Below, piece after piece: positions 19,548 to 30,679 of a stretch of 64,000 nt of DNA (positions within the stretch are counted from its first letter, which is position 1; every line of letters starts with the position of its first letter). Source of the stretch: a virus. The notes beneath the pieces are model-generated. The model was given only the letters and a program-made list of their open reading frames with translations, had not been told where the DNA came from and did not search any database. The stretch covers positions 16,341-80,340 of IMG/VR virus record IMGVR_UViG_3300026484_000402. One strand, 5' to 3'. Both the position numbers and the translations under genes were made by a program.

Positions 19548-20838
19548 ATATATAGATGCACAAATTGAATACGCTGAAGCAGAAAAAGAAATATGTCCCA
19601 ATGGAATGTGCTCAATAGTAAAAACAGCTTCTGAAAGACCTGAGATTTTTAATGATATAAAAATTAAAAAAAATCACGCATATTTATATGTAATAGCTAT
19701 GGGAGCTGGAGATTTTTATGGCGAAAACAAAAATGGAGACTTTTTTTGGGAAAAAGATTTAAAACAATATTACACTAAATTTTTAACATCAGGAGTATTT
19801 GTTCAACACGACAATAAAGACCCATCAAAAAGTATTGGTAAGGTTTTAAAAGCTATTTATAACGATGAAATGCATAGAGTGGAACTACTTATAGAGATAA
19901 AAAAGGAATTAGCACCAGATATTTATTATTCTATTGAAAATGGAGAAAGAATAGCGGTTTCTATGGGAACCAAAGTTACCGAAGAACATTGCTCTTATTG
20001 TGGGCATGTCACAAAAGACAGTCTAGCAAACAGATGTGAGCATTTGAAATATATGATGCATCAAATAATGCCTAATGGTGTAAGAGTTTTTGCTATAAAC
20101 CATCCTCCTTTAAATTTCTTTGATATTTCTATAGTAAGAAGACCTGCTGATACTCAGGGGTATGCATTATTTCAAAAAGTAGCATCTGATAATAGTGAAA
20201 GGTTAATGCCCCAAAAAAAAGCTCTTTCTAAAATAGCAGAATTAAAAAAAAGAATAGATGCGTGGGCAGTATCAAATCCTCTCAACTATTCTGATATTAG
20301 AGAAATGAAACAAATACCTATGCCTATATTGAGTAATTTTATTAAAACAAATAATATTTTATTAAGACCATCTGAGATAATAGGTTTATTAAGCAATATA
20401 GATGAATATACATATTCTTCTCTAACCAAGTATGACACTTTAAAAACAATGATTAGATTATTGTCTTTATTGGAAGGGTGTGCACAACCACATATTGCTC
20501 CGGTTATTAAAATGGCCTCTGAAGACAGATATCCTGTTTTGAACAAATTAAAACATAGAGAAATATTAGTAAAAGAAGCTATGAATCAAATGGAATCGGA
20601 AAATATAGACGCTTTTGGAAATAAAAGAATAAAAATGAGAAAAAAACACAAAACCACTTCATATCCATATAATGAATATGCTGGAATAAGAATAAATTTA
20701 AACAATGGAGATAGTGTAACAGTTCAAGAACATATATTTGACGATGTTTTTGAAGCCTTCAAAGACAGTGGAGCAATTGATTCAGTATATGGAATATTGC
20801 CTAATGGAACTGAGAAAATAATATCTATCCAAAGGTAA
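19537..20838 (+). CDS. Prohead (capsid maturation) serine protease-like protein
   Basis: NKNGDFF, VQHD (His), VSMG (Ser), CSYCG/CEHL insert, FFDISIVRRPAD; start at 19537 from the AAGGAG RBS. Confidence 0.75.
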   Translation: MLTKYIDAQIEYAEAEKEICPNGMCSIVKTASERPEIFNDIKIKKNHAYLYVIAMGAGDFYGENKNGDFFWEKDLKQYYTKFLTSGVFVQHDNKDPSKSIGKVLKAIYNDEMHRVELLIEIKKELAPDIYYSIENGERIAVSMGTKVTEEHCSYCGHVTKDSLANRCEHLKYMMHQIMPNGVRVFAINHPPLNFFDISIVRRPADTQGYALFQKVASDNSERLMPQKKALSKIAELKKRIDAWAVSNPLNYSDIREMKQIPMPILSNFIKTNNILLRPSEIIGLLSNIDEYTYSSLTKYDTLKTMIRLLSLLEGCAQPHIAPVIKMASEDRYPVLNKLKHREILVKEAMNQMESENIDAFGNKRIKMRKKHKTTSYPYNEYAGIRINLNNGDSVTVQEHIFDDVFEAFKDSGAIDSVYGILPNGTEKIISIQR

Positions 20839-20841
20839 TTT

Positions 20842-22017
20842 GTGGGCAAAAAAATTGGTATTGGCAAAGTGGTAAATGTTTTTATTGATTCAACAAACAC
20901 AATAAAAGCAGATGTTAAATTAGATAGTGGTGGTTATATAAAAGCTGTATTAGGGTCTGAAAAAATAAATGAAGACGATATTGTATATGTTATGAAAGAT
21001 GATTTTGGCAGATATTATTTGACCCATAAAACATCATATAACCAAAGTTTGTTTACTTATTTGGAATCCCCTTTTTACACTACTGTTGCAGGAGATTTTA
21101 TTACAGGTGTTACCTTACTTGATATAGGAAATGATAGTTTTGTTATAAATTTTGATTTATTAAATTCGGGTTCTCTGGCTATTGGTTCAGATATTGCATA
21201 TATGGGGGTTGATTATGTTAATTATGTAGCTATAAAAAATGATACTAGTATTAGAAAGTTTGAAAGCGGCACATTGATAGAGGGTCCATTAATAAAAGGT
21301 TTTTCTTTTGATAAAAAGATTTCGTTTGAATTTTTAATAGGAAAAGTAAGAGATGATTTACTGCATCTAAAATCTATACAAGATATTGGAAAGATAATAG
21401 TTAAATCTACGAATTCTTTTGCTGAAATTATGGGCAAGTATGGAGCTCAACTAATATCTATATCTGAGGTATATAAAATAAAAGGCGTTGGTATAGGTTC
21501 TTATGTTGAATTAATTGCTATAGACCCTTCTTTTGCATCAGATTATTTAGATGATGTTAGAACAAATTTTTCCAAATTAACAGAAGAACTTAATGCACTA
21601 AAAATAAATCCTGATGTAATTATTGAATTTGATTTAGTTTTATCAAAAACTCCATACAATTCAAATATCTCAATTTCTTTTTTTGGTGAAATATATTATG
21701 TTACTTATTTTAAAGCAATAACTCTTGATGGAAATCGTATTGAAATATCAGCAAAACATATAAAATTAAATAATACAGATATTCTTAAAACAAATATTTC
21801 AGAAATGAAATTTAACAAGATTTTTGTAAACAATGCTTTTTATGTTAATGAAGGAGAAACCTCTCTAGCAATATTAAACCCAAAATTAACGTTATTACTA
21901 AGAGATGCCGTATTGTCTGTTGATAAATATGAAATCACTGCCACAGACTATATAGATATGCATGTAGGCGGCAAAGGATTCTATATAGATATATATGGTA
22001 CTAGCTCACATCACTGA
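20842..22017 (+). CDS. Baseplate spike/hub-like protein
   Basis: N-terminal OB-fold-like IGKVVNV..ADVKL; beta-repeat C-terminus ending in HH; GTG start. Confidence 0.45.
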   Translation: MGKKIGIGKVVNVFIDSTNTIKADVKLDSGGYIKAVLGSEKINEDDIVYVMKDDFGRYYLTHKTSYNQSLFTYLESPFYTTVAGDFITGVTLLDIGNDSFVINFDLLNSGSLAIGSDIAYMGVDYVNYVAIKNDTSIRKFESGTLIEGPLIKGFSFDKKISFEFLIGKVRDDLLHLKSIQDIGKIIVKSTNSFAEIMGKYGAQLISISEVYKIKGVGIGSYVELIAIDPSFASDYLDDVRTNFSKLTEELNALKINPDVIIEFDLVLSKTPYNSNISISFFGEIYYVTYFKAITLDGNRIEISAKHIKLNNTDILKTNISEMKFNKIFVNNAFYVNEGETSLAILNPKLTLLLRDAVLSVDKYEITATDYIDMHVGGKGFYIDIYGTSSHH

Positions 22018-22102
22018 TGATTCGTGTTTTTTTATAGTAATAATTTACTTTTTTCTATTTTTAAGTAAAATAATAATGAAAACTAAAATTAAAGGAGATA
22101 AT

Positions 22103-22753
22103 ATGAACGAAATTCAACAATTGTTACAGCTTGTTGCGCAACATTTTGGTTGGCAGGTTGGGGACAAGATAAAGACAGAAATAAACAGTATACTTGCCCT
22201 AGAAAATGTAGACATTAAGGAACTTCAAAACAGAATAAAAACCATTGAAAGTATTCTTGATGCCGACCCTGATACTGAGGAATTTGATGTAGCGCAAAAT
22301 ATTATCACTCAGCTTACTAATATTTTAACTAGACTTACAGATATTGAAAACAATATTTCAGATATTAGTTCAAGACTAGCTGATGTTGAATCACAAAATC
22401 AACAACAAAACAAAAGACTTGATGATATAGAATCACAATTATCCAATTTAACTTCAAATGATACAATTAATGGGATTCAGGAAGAAATTAGCAATATTGA
22501 AACAGAAATTGATAATATTGAAAACATAATAGACAGTAAAGCCGACAAAACATATGTTGATGAAAAATTTGTAACAAAAGAAAGTGTTACATCTATTAAT
22601 GTAGAAGCATTAGCAAATATATTTAGAGCAGCAATGGATTGTGGATTTAACGGAGTTAGTTTAAGCGATTGCAATACTAATAATTCAAACAATAACCCAC
22701 AAGATAATTCTGATAATGAAAATGGTGATACTGGGGACGGAGCAGTAATATAA
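22103..22753 (+). CDS. Long coiled-coil fibre-like virion protein
   Basis: Heptads RLTDIE/RLADVE/RLDDIE and KADKTYVD; start at 22103 from the AAGGAG RBS. Confidence 0.6.
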   Translation: MNEIQQLLQLVAQHFGWQVGDKIKTEINSILALENVDIKELQNRIKTIESILDADPDTEEFDVAQNIITQLTNILTRLTDIENNISDISSRLADVESQNQQQNKRLDDIESQLSNLTSNDTINGIQEEISNIETEIDNIENIIDSKADKTYVDEKFVTKESVTSINVEALANIFRAAMDCGFNGVSLSDCNTNNSNNNPQDNSDNENGDTGDGAVI

Positions 22754-22804
22754 TTGATTTTCCTCCCTCTTTTTTTGTATAATGCCTTTTAAAAAGGCGT
22801 TTTT

Positions 22805-23230
22805 ATGAAAATACCTTCTAAAAAACCTCTTACTGAAAAACAAATTCAAAATATGATTATAAAATATTTAGAATGGAGAAAAGATATATTCTTTTGGAGG
22901 CAAAATTCAGGTTCTTTTACTGAAAAAGCAAAATCTGTTTTAAGTAAAATAATTAATTCTATCCCCAGTTTGAGTCCTACTATTAAGGCAAGAATTATAG
23001 GTTCGTTTTACAGACAAGTAGGGCATTACGATTGTGCTAGTGTTAAAGGGCTTCCTGATATAATAGTTATCCAAAACGGAAAATTTATAGGACTTGAAGT
23101 AAAGACCAAAACAGGAAGACAAAGAGAGACCCAAAAAAACGTTCAAAATAAAATAGAAAAAGTTGGAGGGGAGTATTATATAGTAAGAAGTGTAGATGAT
23201 GTAAAAAGAATATTGGACAAAAACAAATAA
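22805..23230 (+). CDS. VRR-NUC domain nuclease
   Basis: TEKQIQ..I..YL, RQNSG, GLPDI..GLEVK..GRQ..Q. Confidence 0.88.
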   Translation: MKIPSKKPLTEKQIQNMIIKYLEWRKDIFFWRQNSGSFTEKAKSVLSKIINSIPSLSPTIKARIIGSFYRQVGHYDCASVKGLPDIIVIQNGKFIGLEVKTKTGRQRETQKNVQNKIEKVGGEYYIVRSVDDVKRILDKNK

Positions 23231-23266
23231 ACTTGTTACAATTAAAAAAAATTACAAGGAGCATTT

Positions 23267-23905
23267 ATGAGCTTTATAGAAAAAGTAGCTAGTTATTTTC
23301 AAACTTATGAAAATTCGTCAACTAAGGAAGGGTTGTTGAAAATAGCGGCTGAAGACGGGGTAACTGCCGATGACTTGGTTGCATTTCACAATTTAGTGTA
23401 CGGTAATATTTTTACCGGCAAGAATCTCTTAAAAACAGCAAGCGAAAATCCTGAAAGTAAAATTATTGCTATAGGCATGGCATTTGACAAAGTTGCAAGT
23501 GGTGAAATGACCCCAGAAGAGGTTGTTGCTTACGCAAATGAACTAGGTATGACGAAAGAAGATGTTGATTTTATTTATGCACAAATTGAAAAACAAGCAG
23601 AAGAAGCTGGAATTATTGAACCAGAGGCAAATGAGTACGATGAAGATTTAACTGATAAAGTTGCAGAAGCAATGGATTATCTTGACGCAAACGGCATTGA
23701 CCCTATAAGCGGGCTAATAATTGCTGCAAATGTTAATGAAGAAGGACTGATTGCTGACGAAAAAGTTGCTGAGGAAGCAGTTGAGGCTGGCTTTACAGAA
23801 GAGGACCTAACTAAAATTGCCGAAGTAGTTGATTTTCTAGGCGCTGTAGATGAAAAAGTTTTAGCTACTGCTGAAGCATTATTTGAAGCAGCGCATCAAG
23901 AATAA
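23267..23905 (+). CDS. Acidic scaffold/core-like protein with 8 K-x-A motifs
   Basis: EKVAS, LKIAA, LKTAS, DKVAS, EKQAE, DKVAE, EKVAE, TKIAE; Glu/Ala-rich. Confidence 0.55.
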   Translation: MSFIEKVASYFQTYENSSTKEGLLKIAAEDGVTADDLVAFHNLVYGNIFTGKNLLKTASENPESKIIAIGMAFDKVASGEMTPEEVVAYANELGMTKEDVDFIYAQIEKQAEEAGIIEPEANEYDEDLTDKVAEAMDYLDANGIDPISGLIIAANVNEEGLIADEKVAEEAVEAGFTEEDLTKIAEVVDFLGAVDEKVLATAEALFEAAHQE

Positions 23906-23985
23906 ACCGCCTTTTCTCTTTCTTTTCACCTTTTAATTTCACTTATCTATCTTTTTTTAGTATAATTAACAAAAAAAGGACTGTT

Positions 23986-24948
23986 ATGTATCCAATAGAA
24001 GAATTAGCAAATCAAATAGTTAATTCAGACGATGTTGCTGCAGAATTTGCAAAAATCGCAAGCAATATGGATGAAAGGTGGAAAGTTACTTTAGCTAGAG
24101 AGGTAAATAAACAGAATTTTATTAAAAAACTTCAAGAATCAGACTTAAATTCAGATATAAGATTTGATGTAGTAGAAACCCCTGAAATGTCTAAACTAGC
24201 TTCTGAAAAAGAAAAAAGTAGACCCCAAAATCTTACTAAAACAGCTTCTGTTAACAAACAGGCGAACATAGAAAAAAAAGCACAAATATTGCCTTCAATG
24301 TTTGTTATAAAACAAAATGAAAATATTTATAGAGAAAAAATTTCCTCAGGATACACATATAAAGAAACTTTAACAAAAGAAGCAAAAGAGGCAATTAATG
24401 ATGAATTAGCATATGAATTAAAGGATAAAATAGCAAAAGAAGAAAATGAAAAAAATAGATTATTATTTGAAGCAGAGGTGGCAAAAGAAATACTGCTTGA
24501 TAAAATAGCTTCTTTAACAGATATGGAGTCTGAAATGAGAGATATTATAAAAACTCTAGTAAAATCTAATATGGAAAAATATGCTGAAGATGTTTTAATG
24601 AGAAGCAATGTGAGAACAGATATGTTATCAAAAGTAGCAAGCGAAAATCTTGATATTGAGAAAAAAGCCAAATTAGACGATGCTATAAATAAACTTGCTC
24701 AGATTGACGAATTAATGGAAAAAAAAGCTATTGGTCCTCTGGCTAGAGTTGTGACAACTGTATTAGGTAAAGGGCTAAATTTAATTGGGACTGGTGCTGC
24801 ATATGGAGCAAGAGGAGCTGCAATAGCAGCAAAGGGATTTGCTAGAACAGCTATTAAACACCCTATTGCCACTACTGCTGTAGTAGCCGGCTCTAATGTA
24901 TCAGATAAATCTACTAATCAAATAAGAAATGTAGTGCTAGGATATTGA
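23986..24948 (+). CDS. Putative processed head protein with about 13 K-x-A motifs and a Gly/Ala-rich C-terminus
   Basis: AKIAS, SKLAS, TKTAS, DKIAS, SKVAS, EKKA three times; C-terminal GTGAAYGARGAAIAAKG. Confidence 0.55.
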   Translation: MYPIEELANQIVNSDDVAAEFAKIASNMDERWKVTLAREVNKQNFIKKLQESDLNSDIRFDVVETPEMSKLASEKEKSRPQNLTKTASVNKQANIEKKAQILPSMFVIKQNENIYREKISSGYTYKETLTKEAKEAINDELAYELKDKIAKEENEKNRLLFEAEVAKEILLDKIASLTDMESEMRDIIKTLVKSNMEKYAEDVLMRSNVRTDMLSKVASENLDIEKKAKLDDAINKLAQIDELMEKKAIGPLARVVTTVLGKGLNLIGTGAAYGARGAAIAAKGFARTAIKHPIATTAVVAGSNVSDKSTNQIRNVVLGY

Positions 24949-24949
24949 G

Positions 24950-26185
24950 ATGTTAAACAATTTTAATTCTCTAATTTCTGATTCGTTTAAAAAAGCTGTT
25001 TTAAATACAGCTAGAAAAGAAGTGAATAATATTGTAGATACTTCAGTTATGACTGATGAGCAGAAAGAAGCAATAGAAACTTTTTTTGTTCAACCATTAT
25101 TTTGGTCTAAATTATATTTTTTTGCAGGGATTTATTTTCAATTCAATGAAACTGATATTACATCAGTTATTATGAATCCAAATATTTCAGATGATGATAA
25201 AAAATATTTTCTTAACACTTTGTTGCTTAAACTAGGAATAGATAGTACGGGCGACATAAATAAAGACGCCCAACTTATTTTAAATAAACTTTTTTATACA
25301 AATGAAATAAAGACTTCTAAAGTGTCATCATTACTTGAGCATAATGAAATAAAAGCAATACAATTTAATCCAAACCTAATTCATTTTTGTAATGAATTAT
25401 CACAATATGCTTATGATAATTTTAAAGATTTGTATCTAGCTGAAAATTTGAAAAGTTTATTTTATATATCTGAAATAGCAGATAAAACTGTGTCTTTTGA
25501 TAAAATTAACGAATATTTTAACACCAAACAATCTACATATCACCGTAATTCAGTTGCAATATACACCAGTGATGCAACTATAGTTAAAAACTCCCAAAAT
25601 ATTTATGTTCCAGAAGGTGATATCAAAACAGTGTCTATTGATGGTATGTTTTTTGATATTAAGATTTTAGCCGACAATAAGGAAAATGTAAAAGTAAGTT
25701 TTGCTAAAAATAATTTTATAGGGAATGAAAAAAAAGAATATTTATTAACATTGATAGGCCCGGTAAATGTAACTATAGAGTTATATGGTAGTGAGATTTC
25801 TAATGATATTATCTCTGAAATTAATTCAACATTTAAAGAATATGATTGTAAAGTAATGGCTCCATTTAAAATAGAGGCTGAAATAACAGTAAACAATGAG
25901 AATAATTTAAATAAATTATATGAATTAACTAATTTTAAAGATTATGATTATTTTTTTGAAAAAATAAAAACATATGCTAATGAATTGATTTTAAATAATA
26001 ATATGATTGCGGATTATGTCGCTAATATTTTTCTAAACCCTTTTGTGTTTAAATCGATTAGCTTTAATTATTTAGGAATTCCATTTAATGAAACTAAAAT
26101 AACATCCAATATGAACAAAGATAATTGTTTAATTAAAATTGCTAAAATAATAGTTAGGGAAACAGGCAATGTTTACTCCTTTTAG
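24950..26185 (+). CDS. Possible baseplate wedge protein
   Basis: 411 aa upstream of the tape measure gene; context only. Confidence 0.4.
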   Translation: MLNNFNSLISDSFKKAVLNTARKEVNNIVDTSVMTDEQKEAIETFFVQPLFWSKLYFFAGIYFQFNETDITSVIMNPNISDDDKKYFLNTLLLKLGIDSTGDINKDAQLILNKLFYTNEIKTSKVSSLLEHNEIKAIQFNPNLIHFCNELSQYAYDNFKDLYLAENLKSLFYISEIADKTVSFDKINEYFNTKQSTYHRNSVAIYTSDATIVKNSQNIYVPEGDIKTVSIDGMFFDIKILADNKENVKVSFAKNNFIGNEKKEYLLTLIGPVNVTIELYGSEISNDIISEINSTFKEYDCKVMAPFKIEAEITVNNENNLNKLYELTNFKDYDYFFEKIKTYANELILNNNMIADYVANIFLNPFVFKSISFNYLGIPFNETKITSNMNKDNCLIKIAKIIVRETGNVYSF

Positions 26186-26876
26186 TGTTGTATACGGCAG
26201 TTATTCTGATAATATAGAAAAAGATAACGATATTTTAAAAATAATATCATTGTATAATTCACTTACAGAAATACAATATATAAATTATATAAATAATGAT
26301 TTTTTTATTCTTCCTACATATATAGAGGATATAGATGATGAAAACTTTACTCTGAAAGACGCTTTTGGAAAACAAATAAATTCAATCGTTGGATATATTA
26401 ATGATGATAACGCTTTAATTAATATTAATATCACATTTCCAGCTTCCAAAAATGATTATATTGATTTTTATAATTTAAAAGGTTTTATTGTTTACGTTAA
26501 AATACCCAATGAAAAACAACTAAAAATAACACCTATTTTTAAAAACAAAAACCAATATTCTATATTTGATAAAGTTTTGCTTAACAGAGCTGAATTGTTT
26601 TTAAATTATTTATTTGGATGCACTTATTCAACATTGAATGATAAAGTTACTGAAATAGGTGACGGTTATGTCAAAATAGGGGAAACAACTTTTAATGTTG
26701 ATAATGAATTAATATGTGTAAAAGTTGATGATGTTGTTAAAAAAGGCGATTTAATTGAAAAAAATTTCTCATTCACAAAGCAAAAAGGAATTATAGTTTT
26801 ATCATATAAAAAAGATTTTACTTTTCCAATAGATATGGTACTACCTTTTGAAAAAATAAAAATCATTAAGGAATAA
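26169..26876 (+). CDS. Possible baseplate protein
   Basis: 235 aa; VKVDDVVKKGDLI hairpin motif; context. Confidence 0.4.
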   Translation: MFTPFSVVYGSYSDNIEKDNDILKIISLYNSLTEIQYINYINNDFFILPTYIEDIDDENFTLKDAFGKQINSIVGYINDDNALININITFPASKNDYIDFYNLKGFIVYVKIPNEKQLKITPIFKNKNQYSIFDKVLLNRAELFLNYLFGCTYSTLNDKVTEIGDGYVKIGETTFNVDNELICVKVDDVVKKGDLIEKNFSFTKQKGIIVLSYKKDFTFPIDMVLPFEKIKIIKE

Positions 26877-26878
26877 TA

Positions 26879-29800
26879 ATGTATTCTCCGTTTGCGTATG
26901 ACCCATATGAAACTACAGGAAGTTCTTACTATTCTCCTTTATCAGGCTATTTAGCTGCCCCTCATATATTTAATCCTTCCACATATGGACAATATGCCCC
27001 AGATACTATGGCTATGATGAGAACTCCTTACGGAGGGGCCTTTCAGACTCCTATGTCTAATAATTATTATGCCGCTATGATTGCTCATCCATTTAAATCG
27101 TTCTTGACCTATAAAGTGCCTCTCTATATGGCTCCTGCTGGCTTAAATCCAGTTTTATTTGACACTTATGCTAACGAAGCTAAAGCTCAAGGGACAATTG
27201 GAACAGCAGGGTTTGTAGCAGGTAGCGGAATGTCGTTGGCTTTAGGCGCTGTAGGAGCTTCTTTTGCGGGTCCTATTGGTGGTATTGCCGGTTCTTTATT
27301 AGGAGAAGCACTTGGAAATACTATAATGGCTCCTCTTAATACTGCTGCCGGAAGAATTATACAAACGCATGAAGCAGCTAATTTGCTTAATGTAGCAGGG
27401 GCAGGAAAATATGGTTTTGGAATAAGTATGGGACAAGCAACTAAATTATATAAAGACTTTACTGCCTCCGCCGTTGAACATCCTAGATTCTCACCAGAAG
27501 AACAACAATTAGCATTCAATGAATTAGCAAGAAATTCAATGATAGATGATAGCGGTGATTTTGGTGAGGTGGAAATGAATATTAAAAAAATGAAAAATGT
27601 TGTTGAGAAATTAAGAGATTTATTTAATGGAAGTATAAAGCAAACCATTCAAGCATTAAGGCAATTAAATTTATCAGGAATAAGTTCTGAAGATTTTGTT
27701 CATGTTACAGCAGCTGCAGGAGTTGCTGCAGCAAACAAAGGTCAAACCACAGCTGATTATATTAATAATACAGTAAACACTGCTCAAATAACATCTAATC
27801 AGACAGGTTTTTCAAAAGGAACAATGTTTGAAGTTAAAACAATGTTTGACTCAACTACAGATATTGTTGGAAATGCTGTAAAACAGTTTTACAAAAAAGG
27901 ATTATCAAACAAAGATAGAGTAGAAAAATTTCAACAAGATTTTATAAGAAGTATGTCGGCGTTAGGAATGAATGGAAATGTTTTATTGGCAAATAAAGCA
28001 ATGTCTCCTCAACAATATGTTCTAACTGCGTTAGAAGCTGGTATACAGAAATACAATAAAGATGTTGGAGAACATTTAACATTAAGGGACGTAATTAATA
28101 ATAAGCAACTTCAAGAAAAAATTATGAATAGATATGGAGTTAAAGAACTTCAGAAATTAGAACAGCAATATAATGGAGACTACAATAAAATATTTAATTA
28201 TTTAGCAAACAAAGATAGTAGTTATTATTATGATGTATTGGATTTTCGTCGAACAGCTAATGATGTAAAAAGAATAGACAGTAAAAAGGTCTTAAATCTT
28301 ATAAGTAGTTATTTGCCCAATATGAGTAGTAAATTAAAAGATTTATTAGTTCATAAAAAACTTGGAATGTTAAATCCGGAAGAGTATGACTCTACATTAA
28401 AATTGTTAGATATATATAACAATAATCCAGATTTGTTTGAAAAAATATTTAAAACAAGTGAACAAAGAACAGAAAAAGCTATAGCAAAAGATAGATGGCA
28501 AAGATTAAAAGCTGAAAATAGTTTTCAAGCAGTCTTTAGAAGAGTGAAATACAATTTTCAAAAAAGTATGGCAACTTTAGTTTCATGGATGCCTGGATTT
28601 GGTGAAGATGAAACATTCAAACCATTAAACACAAAAGTGGCGCAAGGAAAAATAGGTAAATATTATAACGCATTGAATAAACTAGGTTCGGTAAAACTAG
28701 ATGATATGTTAGTGCGTGGATATTTTCCTTCTTCTTTTGAAGGGAATGTGTTTAGCGCTTTAAGAAGAACGTTTGTTGGAAGTGAAGATGAAAGAGATGT
28801 AAGTAATAGAATGCAAGATTTATTAGGGGGACAATGGTTTTCTTACAATAAAGAGGACTTTCCGCATATATGGGCGGCTGCTAAACATAGAAGAAGAGCA
28901 ATGGAACATATGTATCGTACTATCGATTCATGGTCTAAAGGAGATGAAGAAGCAACTTCCGTGTTGGCTGCATACTTTTCAAAGAAAAGAACAGAAGACG
29001 AAACGAATTCGGCTGTTACCAATATTGGAGCGACTGATGAATTTAAAAATTATTTTAAAAAATTAACACAGACAATAACAGAAATAAATAACGCTATTAA
29101 AGAGGCTAAAGCAAAAATAGGCGCATCACAATTTGAAGCTATGAATAGTGACGATGTTAGAGAAGGATTGCTTAAAAAATTAAACTTTAACGGTTCTTAT
29201 GAAGAGATGATAGAAAAAGCGCACAGTGACAACAATTTAAAAAGTAAAATAATAAAAACATATGAAAAAGCAGGATTAGACCAAAAACAAGCTAATGCGT
29301 TATTTGAATATGAATTTAATAGAGCAAAAAAACAAAAAACAATAAACGAAATGAAAACTATATATACAGCTGATGAAGCGGGTATAGTTGGAGTTTTAAG
29401 GCAAATGGGATACAAGGGGGATATAAAATATGATGATATTAAAGACATATCTGAAGCATTATCAGAAAACGCTATTTTTAGGAAAAAATTTACAGAATCT
29501 TTAATGAAAAGTAATCATATAAGCAAAGAAGCAGCTACCAAAGTAGTTAACTATTTAACTAAATACGGAGACAAAGACGCAAATATTAGAGCAGATGTGT
29601 TGTCATTTAATCAGATATCTCAAGAAGATTATATGGAAGTATTTAAGAAAGATAATATTGTTTCTAATATGTTTAAAAAGGGAGCGGCAATAGAGACGCT
29701 AAAAGCCATGCAAGCATATAAAAATAATTTTGAAGATTTTTATAAAGATATAAAATTCCTACAAGAAAATGAAGAATTTAATGATTATTATGGAAGCAGC

Positions 29801-30367
29801 GAAAACTCTAAAAAAATAATGAATTTTATGATGTCAAGAGGACATTTTAACAATAAAGAACAACTAGACGCAATAACTAAAGTATATACTTCTTTGAGAG
29901 ATTATTTTGATAAGCATGGTAAATTAGATTTTAATGGACGTACCTATATGTCTTTTAAAGAATTTGTTGCAGATGAGCCTATGTTTAAATTATATACTAA
30001 AAAAATATTAAGTGCTGGATTTGCTTCTCAATTAAGTAAAAAACTTGGAATAGATGCTTATGAGAATCCAGAAGATATTATGAAGTTAATAAAAGGCGCT
30101 TTTAAATATGATGAACAAACTGGTAAATTTACGCTTAAAAGCAAAGAAGAACTAGATAAAAATTTTAAAGATTTGCCGGCATTGTTAAAAAAATTGCACC
30201 TTGGAGAATCGTATGCTGATTTGGGAAGAATAGAAAGCCAATTAAATGGGGACAACAGTCTAAAACAGACAAATTCTTGGCTACAATCTATCTATAGAGT
30301 ATTAGAAGAAATTAAAAATGGAGATGAAAAAAACTCAAAAATTAAAAATGATAATATAAAACATTAA
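26879..30367 (+). CDS. Tape-measure-like protein
   Basis: 1162 aa, largely helical, with N-terminal Gly/Ala-rich hydrophobic segment (GAVGASFAGPIGGIAGSLLG); frameshift chaperone pair nearby. Confidence 0.65.
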   Translation: MYSPFAYDPYETTGSSYYSPLSGYLAAPHIFNPSTYGQYAPDTMAMMRTPYGGAFQTPMSNNYYAAMIAHPFKSFLTYKVPLYMAPAGLNPVLFDTYANEAKAQGTIGTAGFVAGSGMSLALGAVGASFAGPIGGIAGSLLGEALGNTIMAPLNTAAGRIIQTHEAANLLNVAGAGKYGFGISMGQATKLYKDFTASAVEHPRFSPEEQQLAFNELARNSMIDDSGDFGEVEMNIKKMKNVVEKLRDLFNGSIKQTIQALRQLNLSGISSEDFVHVTAAAGVAAANKGQTTADYINNTVNTAQITSNQTGFSKGTMFEVKTMFDSTTDIVGNAVKQFYKKGLSNKDRVEKFQQDFIRSMSALGMNGNVLLANKAMSPQQYVLTALEAGIQKYNKDVGEHLTLRDVINNKQLQEKIMNRYGVKELQKLEQQYNGDYNKIFNYLANKDSSYYYDVLDFRRTANDVKRIDSKKVLNLISSYLPNMSSKLKDLLVHKKLGMLNPEEYDSTLKLLDIYNNNPDLFEKIFKTSEQRTEKAIAKDRWQRLKAENSFQAVFRRVKYNFQKSMATLVSWMPGFGEDETFKPLNTKVAQGKIGKYYNALNKLGSVKLDDMLVRGYFPSSFEGNVFSALRRTFVGSEDERDVSNRMQDLLGGQWFSYNKEDFPHIWAAAKHRRRAMEHMYRTIDSWSKGDEEATSVLAAYFSKKRTEDETNSAVTNIGATDEFKNYFKKLTQTITEINNAIKEAKAKIGASQFEAMNSDDVREGLLKKLNFNGSYEEMIEKAHSDNNLKSKIIKTYEKAGLDQKQANALFEYEFNRAKKQKTINEMKTIYTADEAGIVGVLRQMGYKGDIKYDDIKDISEALSENAIFRKKFTESLMKSNHISKEAATKVVNYLTKYGDKDANIRADVLSFNQISQEDYMEVFKKDNIVSNMFKKGAAIETLKAMQAYKNNFEDFYKDIKFLQENEEFNDYYGSSENSKKIMNFMMSRGHFNNKEQLDAITKVYTSLRDYFDKHGKLDFNGRTYMSFKEFVADEPMFKLYTKKILSAGFASQLSKKLGIDAYENPEDIMKLIKGAFKYDEQTGKFTLKSKEELDKNFKDLPALLKKLHLGESYADLGRIESQLNGDNSLKQTNSWLQSIYRVLEEIKNGDEKNSKIKNDNIKH

Positions 30368-30418
30368 TTTTGCTTTTTTTATTGAATTTTTGGTAAAATA
30401 CAGAAAAAAAGGAATTGT

Positions 30419-30676
30419 ATGATTGTTCCTATGTATGACAATATATGTTGTAAAAGAATAGGTGACGACAAGAAAACTGCGTCAGGAGTAATAAGAGGAA
30501 TTTCAAAAGAAAAACCGTTAATTGTAAAAGTTATATCCGTAGGCGATGAAATAAAAGAAGTGCAGCCTGATGATATTCTTTTAATAAATAAATACTCCGG
30601 AGTTGAAATGGAGATAGAGAAAGAATTACTGCTTTTTATAAAACCAACAGATATATTAGCAAAAATAAAAGGATAA
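30419..30676 (+). CDS. groES: GroES co-chaperonin (Cpn10)
   Basis: IVPMYDNI, KTASGVI mobile loop, KEKP, VISVG, KYSGVE, DILA. Confidence 0.9.
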   Translation: MIVPMYDNICCKRIGDDKKTASGVIRGISKEKPLIVKVISVGDEIKEVQPDDILLINKYSGVEMEIEKELLLFIKPTDILAKIKG

Positions 30677-30679
30677 AAA

